Of a stretch of DNA of 11,900 nt, positions 1 to 7,300 are shown one piece after another. The DNA lies in contig JAEHCQ010000003.1 in assembly GCA_020696385.1 (NCBI GenBank), positions 249,683-261,582 of the forward strand. The letters are read 5' to 3'. The DNA is from Methanobacteriota archaeon. Lineage in GTDB: Archaea; Thermoplasmatota; Thermoplasmata; SG8-5; JAGLSY01. Under the pieces are notes generated by a model. That model was given only the letters and a program-made list of their open reading frames with translations. It ran no database searches and was not told the DNA's origin. Position numbers and translations under genes: made by a program. The number at the start of each line of letters is the position of its first letter. The stretch's first letter is position 1.

Positions 1-3
1 ACC

Positions 4-1296
4 TCATTCGCCCTTCATCATTGCTGCAAGGTCCTCGTCCACATCACCGATGAGCTTCAGGTCGAAATTATCCTGAAGCACCTTGAAGACATTGGGTGAG
101 ATGAAAGCTGGCGGAGTTGGTCCGATCCTCATTCCCTTGATATTCAAGTTTAGAAGTGTCAGAAGTATAGCCACCGCTTTTTGCTCGTACCATGATATAG
201 CGAATGACAATGGCAGTTCATTAATATCACATTCAAAGGCTTCGGCCAGTGCCGCGGCGATCTGTATCGCGGAGTAGGCATTATTGCACTGCCCCAGATC
301 GATCAACCTTGGTATGCCATCAATATCTCCAAAGTCCATATGGTTGAACCTATATTTTCCACAAGCCAGTGTCAGGATAACACAATCATCCGGAACTTTT
401 TCAGCAAGTTCCGTGTAGTAATTACGACCGGCCTTGGCTCCATCGCATCCTCCGATCAGGAAGAAGCGCTTTATCTTGCCTGCCTTCACTGCCTCGATTA
501 TCTTTGGAGCCAGTGATAGTACAACATCATGGTGGAAGCCAGTGGTGAGCGGTTTGCCGGGTGCGTCCGGGAGATCACCAAGCTCAATTGCCTTGGCGAT
601 AATCTCTGAAAGATCTTTCCTGCTCTCTATGTGCTTGACGCCTTCAACTGCTGTAATTCCGATCGTGAAAAGTCTATCACGATATTCATCCGTAGGTATC
701 TGGACACAATTGCTGGTTGCCAGAACTGCGCCTCCAAATGCGAAAAATTCCTTCTTCTGCTTTTGCCAGGCTCCGCCATAGTTTCCAATAAGATGCTTGT
801 ATTTATTCAGCTCGGGATATCCATGAGCTGGCAGCATTTCACCATGAGTGTAAATATTGATGCCAGTTCCTTCGGTCTGCTGGAGTAATTCCTCAAGATC
901 TGGGAAATCATGGCCAGTCACCAGAATACCGGGTCCCTTTACCGTGCCAGTTGGAACCTCCACTGGCCCGGGCTTGCCGTAATGAGTGGTATTTGCCCCA
1001 TCCAGCATTTCCATCGCCTTGTAATTCATCTCCCCTGCCTTGAGAACCACCTTGACGTAGTCATTCAGATCGAAATCCACATTGGTCAAGGTCTTGAAAA
1101 GAGCTTCATGCATGAAGGCATCCACATCTTCATCTCGCTCTCCCATGACCCTGGAATGATATGCATAGGCCGCTATACCCTTCAGTGCGAAGAGAAGGGT
1201 TTCCTGCAGACTCTGAATATCTTGATCTTTTCCACATACTCCTTTTACCGTACACCCAGTCCCCTGGGCTGTTTGCTCACATTGATTACAGAACAT
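4..1296 (-). CDS. hcp: Hybrid cluster protein (hydroxylamine/NO reductase, prismane), short class III type, 430 aa
   Basis: N-terminal MFCNQCEQT...GC...GVCGK (C-x2-C-x8-C-x5-C) and family motifs GHD, YTHGEMLPAHGYP, SNC, GGCDG, LACGKYRFN, DLGQCNNAYS, WYEQKA. Start moved from the GTG at 1305 to the ATG at 1296, which gives the canonical MFC N-terminus and turns the GTG into part of an AGGTGA Shine-Dalgarno site. Confidence 0.96.
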   Translation of the reverse strand: MFCNQCEQTAQGTGCTVKGVCGKDQDIQSLQETLLFALKGIAAYAYHSRVMGERDEDVDAFMHEALFKTLTNVDFDLNDYVKVVLKAGEMNYKAMEMLDGANTTHYGKPGPVEVPTGTVKGPGILVTGHDFPDLEELLQQTEGTGINIYTHGEMLPAHGYPELNKYKHLIGNYGGAWQKQKKEFFAFGGAVLATSNCVQIPTDEYRDRLFTIGITAVEGVKHIESRKDLSEIIAKAIELGDLPDAPGKPLTTGFHHDVVLSLAPKIIEAVKAGKIKRFFLIGGCDGAKAGRNYYTELAEKVPDDCVILTLACGKYRFNHMDFGDIDGIPRLIDLGQCNNAYSAIQIAAALAEAFECDINELPLSFAISWYEQKAVAILLTLLNLNIKGMRIGPTPPAFISPNVFKVLQDNFDLKLIGDVDEDLAAMMKGE

Positions 1297-1436
1297 CTTT
1301 TTCACCTTGAAGCCACATCACAGCTATATAATATAAATACCACTGCTATATATTATAAGAAAAAGTTATTATCACACTATAAAAGATAGATAAATATATA
1401 ATATCATACAGAATACAGATTGACCCAGGTGAGTTA
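1297..1436. promoter_or_regulatory. Divergent hcp/lrp promoter region with TATA-like boxes and candidate operator palindromes
   Basis: Very AT-rich spacer between divergent genes. CTAT-N5-ATAR motifs at 1324-1336, 1346-1358 and 1377-1389. AGGTGAG SD at 1427-1433 before the regulator ATG. Confidence 0.6.
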
Positions 1437-2006
1437 ATGAAAATAGATGATAAGGATCGAGTTATAATCTCCATGTTCGCCAATGACCCGGAGGTTTCGC
1501 AGGATGATATCGCCAAGGCTATTGGACTTTCACAACCCTCGGTTGCCATGAGAATAAGAAAGTTAAAGGATGGCGGTGGTCTGGACACAGTAACCGGAAT
1601 AAACCCCTTTAAAATGGGATTATTCATGGCCAAAGTGGACATTGCCAGCACGAACACCGCCCGCGTTCTGGACATATTCCGCGGGTGCCCATACTTCTCC
1701 AATGGTTTTACCGTTTCAGGCCGCAATAATCTCACTCTCTTTTTCATGAGCGAGAAGATATCCAGCCTGGAATCCATTGTGAACAATCATATCCGGACCA
1801 ATGAGAATGTCACGGATGTGGATTTCAATATCATAATAACTGCCGAGAAGGATTTTGTCCAACCAGTGCAGCTGACCATTGATGATACTTCATGGAATGC
1901 GAAGATGGGCAAGGGGGGAGCAAAAGGATCCAGTTGCCAGGTCTCCAAAATGGGGCGATGCGAAGGATGTCCTCTTGAAGGAGAAGGCGAAGGCTGGCTT
2001 TATTGA
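1437..2006 (+). CDS. Lrp/AsnC-family transcriptional regulator with C-terminal Cys motif, 189 aa
   Basis: N-terminal HTH typical of Lrp/AsnC (IDDKDRVII...SQDDIAKAIGLSQPSVAMRIRKL), a RAM-like domain (TVSGRNNL), and a tail C-x7-C-x2-C-P. SD AGGTGAG upstream. Confidence 0.9.
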   Translation: MKIDDKDRVIISMFANDPEVSQDDIAKAIGLSQPSVAMRIRKLKDGGGLDTVTGINPFKMGLFMAKVDIASTNTARVLDIFRGCPYFSNGFTVSGRNNLTLFFMSEKISSLESIVNNHIRTNENVTDVDFNIIITAEKDFVQPVQLTIDDTSWNAKMGKGGAKGSSCQVSKMGRCEGCPLEGEGEGWLY

Positions 2007-2111
2007 TTATAGATATAATATGTCGTATAGATATCAATATCATACAGATATCATATAGAATAGAGAAAGAATAGAGAATATACAGACCATATTGCCCATA
2101 ATGGAAATTTC

Positions 2112-2130
2112 AAGCGAAATCGTTATATAT
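2112..2130 (+). promoter_or_regulatory. BRE/TATA promoter for Sec61beta (probably near-leaderless mRNA)
   Basis: Purine-rich AAGCGAAA followed by TTATATAT (2123-2130), about 27 nt before the ATG at 2158. No SD present. Confidence 0.6.
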
Positions 2131-2157
2131 CCGACTCCTTTATTTCGGCTCGATAAT

Positions 2158-2322
2158 ATGGCAAAGAAGAAAGGTGCAGGATTCCAATCCGCAGCAGGTC
2201 TTATTCGTTACTTCGACCAGGAAGATGACAAGGCTATCAAGGTCAATCCATGGCTCGTAGTAGCAGCATCGATCATAGCGACCGTCTTCGTGACCTACGC
2301 ACATTGGGCCTGGCCAGTTTAA
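2158..2322 (+). CDS. secG: Preprotein translocase subunit Sec61beta (archaeal SecG/Sec-beta), 54 aa
   Basis: MAKKKGAGFQSAAGLIRYFDQED...IKVNPWLVV followed by one C-terminal TM helix. SAAGL(I/M)RYF is the archaeal Sec61beta signature. The true start is the ATG at 2158, not 2092. Confidence 0.93.
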   Translation: MAKKKGAGFQSAAGLIRYFDQEDDKAIKVNPWLVVAASIIATVFVTYAHWAWPV

Positions 2323-2342
2323 TTCTGCCCCGAGTTCAGAAA

Positions 2343-2354
2343 TTTTAGCTTTTT
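2343..2354 (+). terminator. Oligo-T archaeal terminator candidate after Sec61beta
   Basis: TTTTAGCTTTTT about 20 nt after the stop codon. Confidence 0.4.
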
Positions 2355-2419
2355 ATCAATCATTTATCTATTATTCTTATGAAAACTAATAATAGACATA
2401 TACCGTTACTATCTGGTAT

Positions 2420-2941
2420 ATGCATAATGATCTGAATGTCCGAAAAGCGAAAATTGAAGATATGGAGCGCGTCTTTTTCCTTTACTCCGATTGCATCCGA
2501 CATATGGAGTCAGAGAAATTGATACAATGGGACGATTCCTACCCCGATAGAAAATTGCTAACAAGCGATATGGAAGCTGGCACCCTCTACATAGTGCACG
2601 ATGTAGACGATGACAGAAAGGTTGTCGGAGCAGTGGTGATGGACGAATGCCAGCATCCCGAATATCAAAATGTCAGATGGAAACATGATAAGGGCAAGAT
2701 CGTTATATTTCACAGGATAGCAGTACACCCAGACGCGCAAGGAAAAGGTCTTGCGCGGAGATTCTTGGATATCATGGATGATAAGGCCAGAGGGCTTGGT
2801 TACGACATTGCGAGGCTGGACACCTACTCGGCCAATAAAAGAGTGATCAAATTCATCGAGGCCCATGGATTCAAAAAAGCTGGCAAAGTGCATTTGGATG
2901 CGAGGCAAGACCCATATTTCTGCTATGAAAAAAAGTTGTGA
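2420..2941 (+). CDS. GNAT-family N-acetyltransferase, 173 aa
   Basis: Acetyl-CoA binding motif A (RIAVHPDAQGKGLA), RLDTYSAN...F...HGF motif B, and an N-terminal QWDDSYP plus C-terminal YEK typical of one bacterial/archaeal GNAT subfamily. Confidence 0.92.
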   Translation: MHNDLNVRKAKIEDMERVFFLYSDCIRHMESEKLIQWDDSYPDRKLLTSDMEAGTLYIVHDVDDDRKVVGAVVMDECQHPEYQNVRWKHDKGKIVIFHRIAVHPDAQGKGLARRFLDIMDDKARGLGYDIARLDTYSANKRVIKFIEAHGFKKAGKVHLDARQDPYFCYEKKL

Positions 2942-2992
2942 GTTTTTAGAGTTGAAGAGTTTAGTGAGCTAACTCAAAGAACTCAAGATAAC

Positions 2993-3115
2993 TTATAGAA
3001 CCAACTTGGCAACATTACGATCCAGTGGCGCACCAGCAGATTCTGCCACTGGCTTGCATTTTGTTCTCATCAGATAAGCGACTGGCTTGTAGTCAGTATG
3101 CGTGAGAGATTCGTA
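2993..3115 (-). pseudogene. Second copy of the 3' end (40 codons + stop) of the DUF89 gene, probably the displaced original end
   Basis: 3018-3115 is identical to 3361-3458 (98 bp). 2993-3017 differs from 3336-3360 at 6 of 25 nt but encodes RNVAKLVL* versus RNVAKLVI*. Confidence 0.9.
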
Positions 3116-3360
3116 GTCCCCCGGAAGCCTTTTCTTTTAACCTCGCTGTGCTGGCCTGGCTCTTGAATCAAGCAAGCTTGACAAAATAGATGCAGAAAAT
3201 CGCGCATCTAAAAAAGAACAAGGTTTCCAATCCCGACCAAACAAGTTTGGAAAATAGATGCGCGAAAACACGCATCTAAAAAAGAAAACTCGCCCGGCAC
3301 TGCTCGCTCGGGTGTGGCCTAAATCTAAATAATGATTATATCACCAATTTTGCAACGTTC
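3116..3360. mobile_element. Putative miniature integrative element or element remnant between att-like direct repeats
   Basis: Sequence between two identical 98-bp blocks. It contains a recoded replacement gene tail (3336-3360) and 220 bp of non-coding, repeat-rich DNA. No integrase is present in the window. Confidence 0.5.
3168..3286 (-). repeat. Two tandem ~50-bp double-palindrome modules (3168-3218 and 3237-3286)
   Basis: On the + strand: TCAAGC-AA-GCTTGA-C-AAAA-TAGATGC-N10-GCATCTA-AAAAAGAA and CCAAAC-AA-GTTTGG-AAAA-TAGATGC-N10-GCATCTA-AAAAAGAA. Confidence 0.85.
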
Positions 3361-4205
3361 CGATCCAGTGGCGCACCAGCAGATTCTGCCACTGGCTTGC
3401 ATTTTGTTCTCATCAGATAAGCGACTGGCTTGTAGTCAGTATGCGTGAGAGATTCGTAATTGCCCATGCCCTTTGCCACGATGATGTCTGCCTCTTTTAG
3501 AAGTGTGTCCAACTCCTCCGGCATATCGTATATCGGAAGCCCGACCGCAAAAGCCTCGGTTGTGATCATACGGTCGAACATCTGAGCCAGTCCGACCTCT
3601 TCCGCGTCCTCGGGTGTCGCATCCGTGAGTATGGGCGCGCCCTTGACCACCAGAACGATCTCTTCAATATTCTCGAACTTTCGGATCTGCTCCACCAGTA
3701 ATTTATCGAATACGATCTCACCACAATTGTCAGTGAGGAAAGCCACCTTTTTGGCGGATGCCAGCTTGCCTTTGATAGCCTCGATATCGTCGATACCGAG
3801 TTCTTCCTTCAAAAGCTCATCGAACTCTCTTTCCAGATATGTCAGATCATCCAGTTTCTTATCGATACCAAAGTCCAGAACATTGCCGATTATCGCGGCA
3901 ATGGTGGCTGCCCGAAATTGGTCCTCCGAGGCCTCTACATAGGCTCTGGCTCGCGGATAAAGAAGAAGCGAGACTTTCGTGCTGTGCTCCTTCAGCTTGA
4001 CATATGGATCCTCGCCAAGCATGTCATAGACCAGCTTGTGGACCTTGGTGGCAGTGGCCGCGGAATTCACGCCAGGTTTGAAGCCCCTGGCGATCTCCTG
4101 GAGTGCGACTTCCATGATCTCCATCTCCTTTGAAGGGGCTACTATTCCGGTCTCCCACTGGATCCGTCTCAAAACACAATGTACGCATTGGGCTGTCATA
4201 TCCAT
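3336..4205 (-). CDS. DUF89/ARMT1-like damage-control metal-dependent phosphatase (PH1575-like subfamily), 289 aa
   Basis: N-terminal CxxC (CVHC), DPY..K, IIGNVLDFG, DNCGEIVFD, VKGAPILTDAT, AKGMGNYESL, TKCKPVA. Start set at ATG 4205, with a TATA-like CTTATCTAT at 4235-4227. Confidence 0.93.
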   Translation of the reverse strand: MDMTAQCVHCVLRRIQWETGIVAPSKEMEIMEVALQEIARGFKPGVNSAATATKVHKLVYDMLGEDPYVKLKEHSTKVSLLLYPRARAYVEASEDQFRAATIAAIIGNVLDFGIDKKLDDLTYLEREFDELLKEELGIDDIEAIKGKLASAKKVAFLTDNCGEIVFDKLLVEQIRKFENIEEIVLVVKGAPILTDATPEDAEEVGLAQMFDRMITTEAFAVGLPIYDMPEELDTLLKEADIIVAKGMGNYESLTHTDYKPVAYLMRTKCKPVAESAGAPLDRNVAKLVI

Positions 4206-4286
4206 GAGCCGGGGAAATGAATGCAGATAGATAAGTTTGTTCACAAAATCATGTAATCATGGTGCACGTGATCATACCCAAACTAC

Positions 4287-4354
4287 CTTTATATAAACAG
4301 AAGATATACAGTTATCTAGATTTAGGTAGAACTAGATATCCGAAAATAGAGGTG
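4287..4354 (+). promoter_or_regulatory. TATA box and SD for the large surface protein
   Basis: CTTTATATAAA at 4287-4297. GAGGTG at 4349-4354 lies 6 nt before ATG 4361. Confidence 0.6.
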
Positions 4355-4360
4355 GAAGGG

Positions 4361-7300
4361 ATGAAGAAATTCATAGTTATCATGATATGTATGTTATTGG
4401 CATTCGGTGGGATATCCACTATTTTTTCAATAGAGGAAACAGCCAGTGGAGAAGAGCTGGCTGTGCCCATTATATTGACAGGGGAGACTACATTTGACAT
4501 TCCAGTGGAGCTTGGCTGGAATTTTATATCGATCCCACTGGTACAATGGAATGAAAGCGTATTGGAGGTACTGGACGATCATGGTGGAGATACAGTTCTG
4601 GACATTGCTCAATGGTATGATCCACTGGACTCGGTAGACCGCTGGAAGGTGTATAATTCCGCCATGCCACCTGTATTTTGGGACTTGCTGGCAATAAACA
4701 ATACCATGGGCCTGTACGTGAATATAACCGATATTGGAAGCGATGGTGTCCTGAAGATAAATGGAACTCTGCCCTCAACAACTGCAATTGATCTTTGGGA
4801 AGGCGATACATGGGGTGGGTGGAATATGGTAGGTTATCCTGCACTGAATGATTCATCCTTCACGGTTGGAGATCTTAAGGCTCAAGTTCCGCAAGTAGCA
4901 CACGTAGAGGGGTTCACAAATGGCTCGAATGTGACTAAGAACACAACCATACTGGCTGACGATCATATTATGAAAAAAGGCGAAGGATATTGGATCAATA
5001 TCACATCAAATTGCACATGGATCATCAATTCAGATAATATCACAATAACCACATATCCAGAAGAGATGGATATCTACACGAATTCTCTAACAGGCTCGGA
5101 GCAGATATCATTCTGGGCAGATGATGACATGGATGATCTGAGTATCACTATTCTAAATTCAGTGACCTCGAATTATCTTAACCAGGAGGTTTGGCAGGAC
5201 GATCCAGATTGGTCGCATTTTTCATCATTCGAGGCACAACTGGCATCTGGTAATACCACATATTCGATCCCAGTTAGCTCTTGTGATAAATTGATCGTTC
5301 ACATTTTAGGAGATTCCGATGCTCCAGATCTGGATCTGGGCATATTCCTTGATGGAAAAGATGGACAGCCATTGGATGGTGTGACCCAAGAGAACGAGTC
5401 AGTGAGCATAGGTGCGGGTTGGGATGCGGATGAAGAGGCTTATGTTGACAATCCAGAAGATGGGACTTACCTTATCAAGATATTTGGTTTCGATGTAAAT
5501 ACAGAGCCAGCTCATTTCGATATGTCGGTAGATATGATCTCCAATGTGAGCGGGATATTCAGCCTTACAGGCGTGGATACCAGCCCACTGGACATATACG
5601 AACAGAGATCTTTCAATGTAACCTGGAACATACCCGGTACCTACACGGATGGCTCATACCATGGTATCGTACAGATAGGCAATAATGCGACGGATGATAT
5701 AGCCAGTATTCCGATATTATTGGAACTAGACAGAACCGGACCCACGATCTCGAATCTCATGCCAGCAATGAATGACACACTGGAGAATAGAATGCCGATC
5801 ATCGGTGCCTATCTTTTCGCATCTAATGGTAGCCAATTGAACATAGAGTCACCGACGATCATGCTGGATGGTGTGGATGTGACCACCTGGTCCTCTATTG
5901 ATATTCCAGATGATGTGAGTAATGGTGGGTATGTAGCAGGGTCGATCATATACACACCGAATATTCCACTGGCCAATGGGAACCACACGGTCAGCGTCAG
6001 TGTGGAGGAACTGGCAGGTGTATTGTCAGTACGAAGCTGGTCATTCACAGTCCATGATGCATATCGCCCAGGCATTTCTCACATTAAAGAGATCATGGCC
6101 AGTATCAACTACATCACGCCCATACAGGCCTATATAGATAGCCATCTCAACCCTCAAGATGTTGAGATGTATTACAAAGGAGTGGGTGATACACAATTCA
6201 CTGTGGTTCCGATGAAAAAGACCGGGACTGATTCATATTATGCCGAAATTCCAGCCCAGACGGAGTCTGGAAGCGTTGAATATTATCTCAAAACAGTAGA
6301 CGGAAATGGCAATGCATTGACGTTGCCAGCTACCGATCCAGATATTTCTCCTTATTTCATAGAGATCTACGATCATGGAGCACCGAAGATCACACACCAG
6401 CCAGTATTATTTTACGATGGTAGCCAGTTATCAATAAATGCGACAGTTTCTGACAATGAGGGAATTGATAATGTCACATTGTTCTATCGAAAAGAAGGTG
6501 ATACAGGATTCACATCTATGACAATGGCCAATATTGGAGGCCATATCTACTCTGCCCTTATTTCACCAGGGGGCCTGGTGCCAGATAATATCGAATATTA
6601 TATCTCAGCCACCGATGGATCGACCCCTGTCACACATCCCATTAACACAAGCACACCACATATTATCCAATATAGCAGCATGATATCTAAAGATCCTTTA
6701 CTCAATGATCCAAAGCATACTGGAGGCAGTTTGAGGGTCGCGCTTCAACAGGAACCAGGACAGATCAACCCATTAGTCGCGACGGATGAGAACACGGACA
6801 ATGTCATCGATCTCGTATATGATTCACTGGCCAGGATAGATCCACAGACCAGGGAGATCATACCTTGGATAGCCGAAAGCTGGACGATCTCAGGAGATCA
6901 AATGACCATAACCCTGAATATTCGAGAGAATGTCACATGGCACAATGGAAGTTATCTAACAGCCAGTGATGTCAAATACACCTATGACACATATGCTCTG
7001 CCATATATCTCGTCTGTTATCGTCATGGACGATAACACCCTGAATATAATTCTTAATTCACCCAATTCCGCATTGTTCTCAGAGGCACTTCAAATGCCTC
7101 TGTTCCCACAAGGTTTTAACGCGACCAGTGAAGAAAATGGCTGCGGTCCCTTCATGCTGGGAGAAAAGGAGAATGGGGTCAGCCTACAGCTAAATGTCTA
7201 TGAGAATTATGGCATGGGCAGAGCCAATGTAGATTCCATTATTTTCACCTATTATCCGAATGATCCAGTGACCTATCAATCCCATGAAGATGAGCTGTGG

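Noticed and set aside
1400-2048. 13-bp direct repeat AATATCATACAGA flanking the regulator (1400-1412, 2036-2048) as a target-site duplication
   Set aside because: Both copies lie in low-complexity AT-rich DNA with many ATAGA/ATATC variants. No terminal repeats or transposase are present.
2092-2157. N-terminal extension of Sec61beta in the ORF track
   Set aside because: The extension covers the TATA box, and family similarity starts at ATG 2158.
3183-3286. Mini CRISPR array (36-bp repeats, 32-bp spacer)
   Set aside because: Only two units, which differ in their centres. The apparent spacer contains a palindrome homologous to the sequence before unit 1. There is no GAAA(C/G)-type end and no cas gene.
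2993-3458. Diversity-generating retroelement TR/VR pair at a gene 3' end
   Set aside because: Mismatches are not adenine-specific in either copy, are nearly all synonymous and cluster in the last 25 nt. There is no reverse transcriptase in the window and the target is a housekeeping enzyme.
4206-4360. Longer starts for DUF89 (4244) and the surface protein (4259)
   Set aside because: They run through the divergent promoter region. ATG 4205 matches the family N-terminus, and ATG 4361 has an SD and begins the signal peptide.
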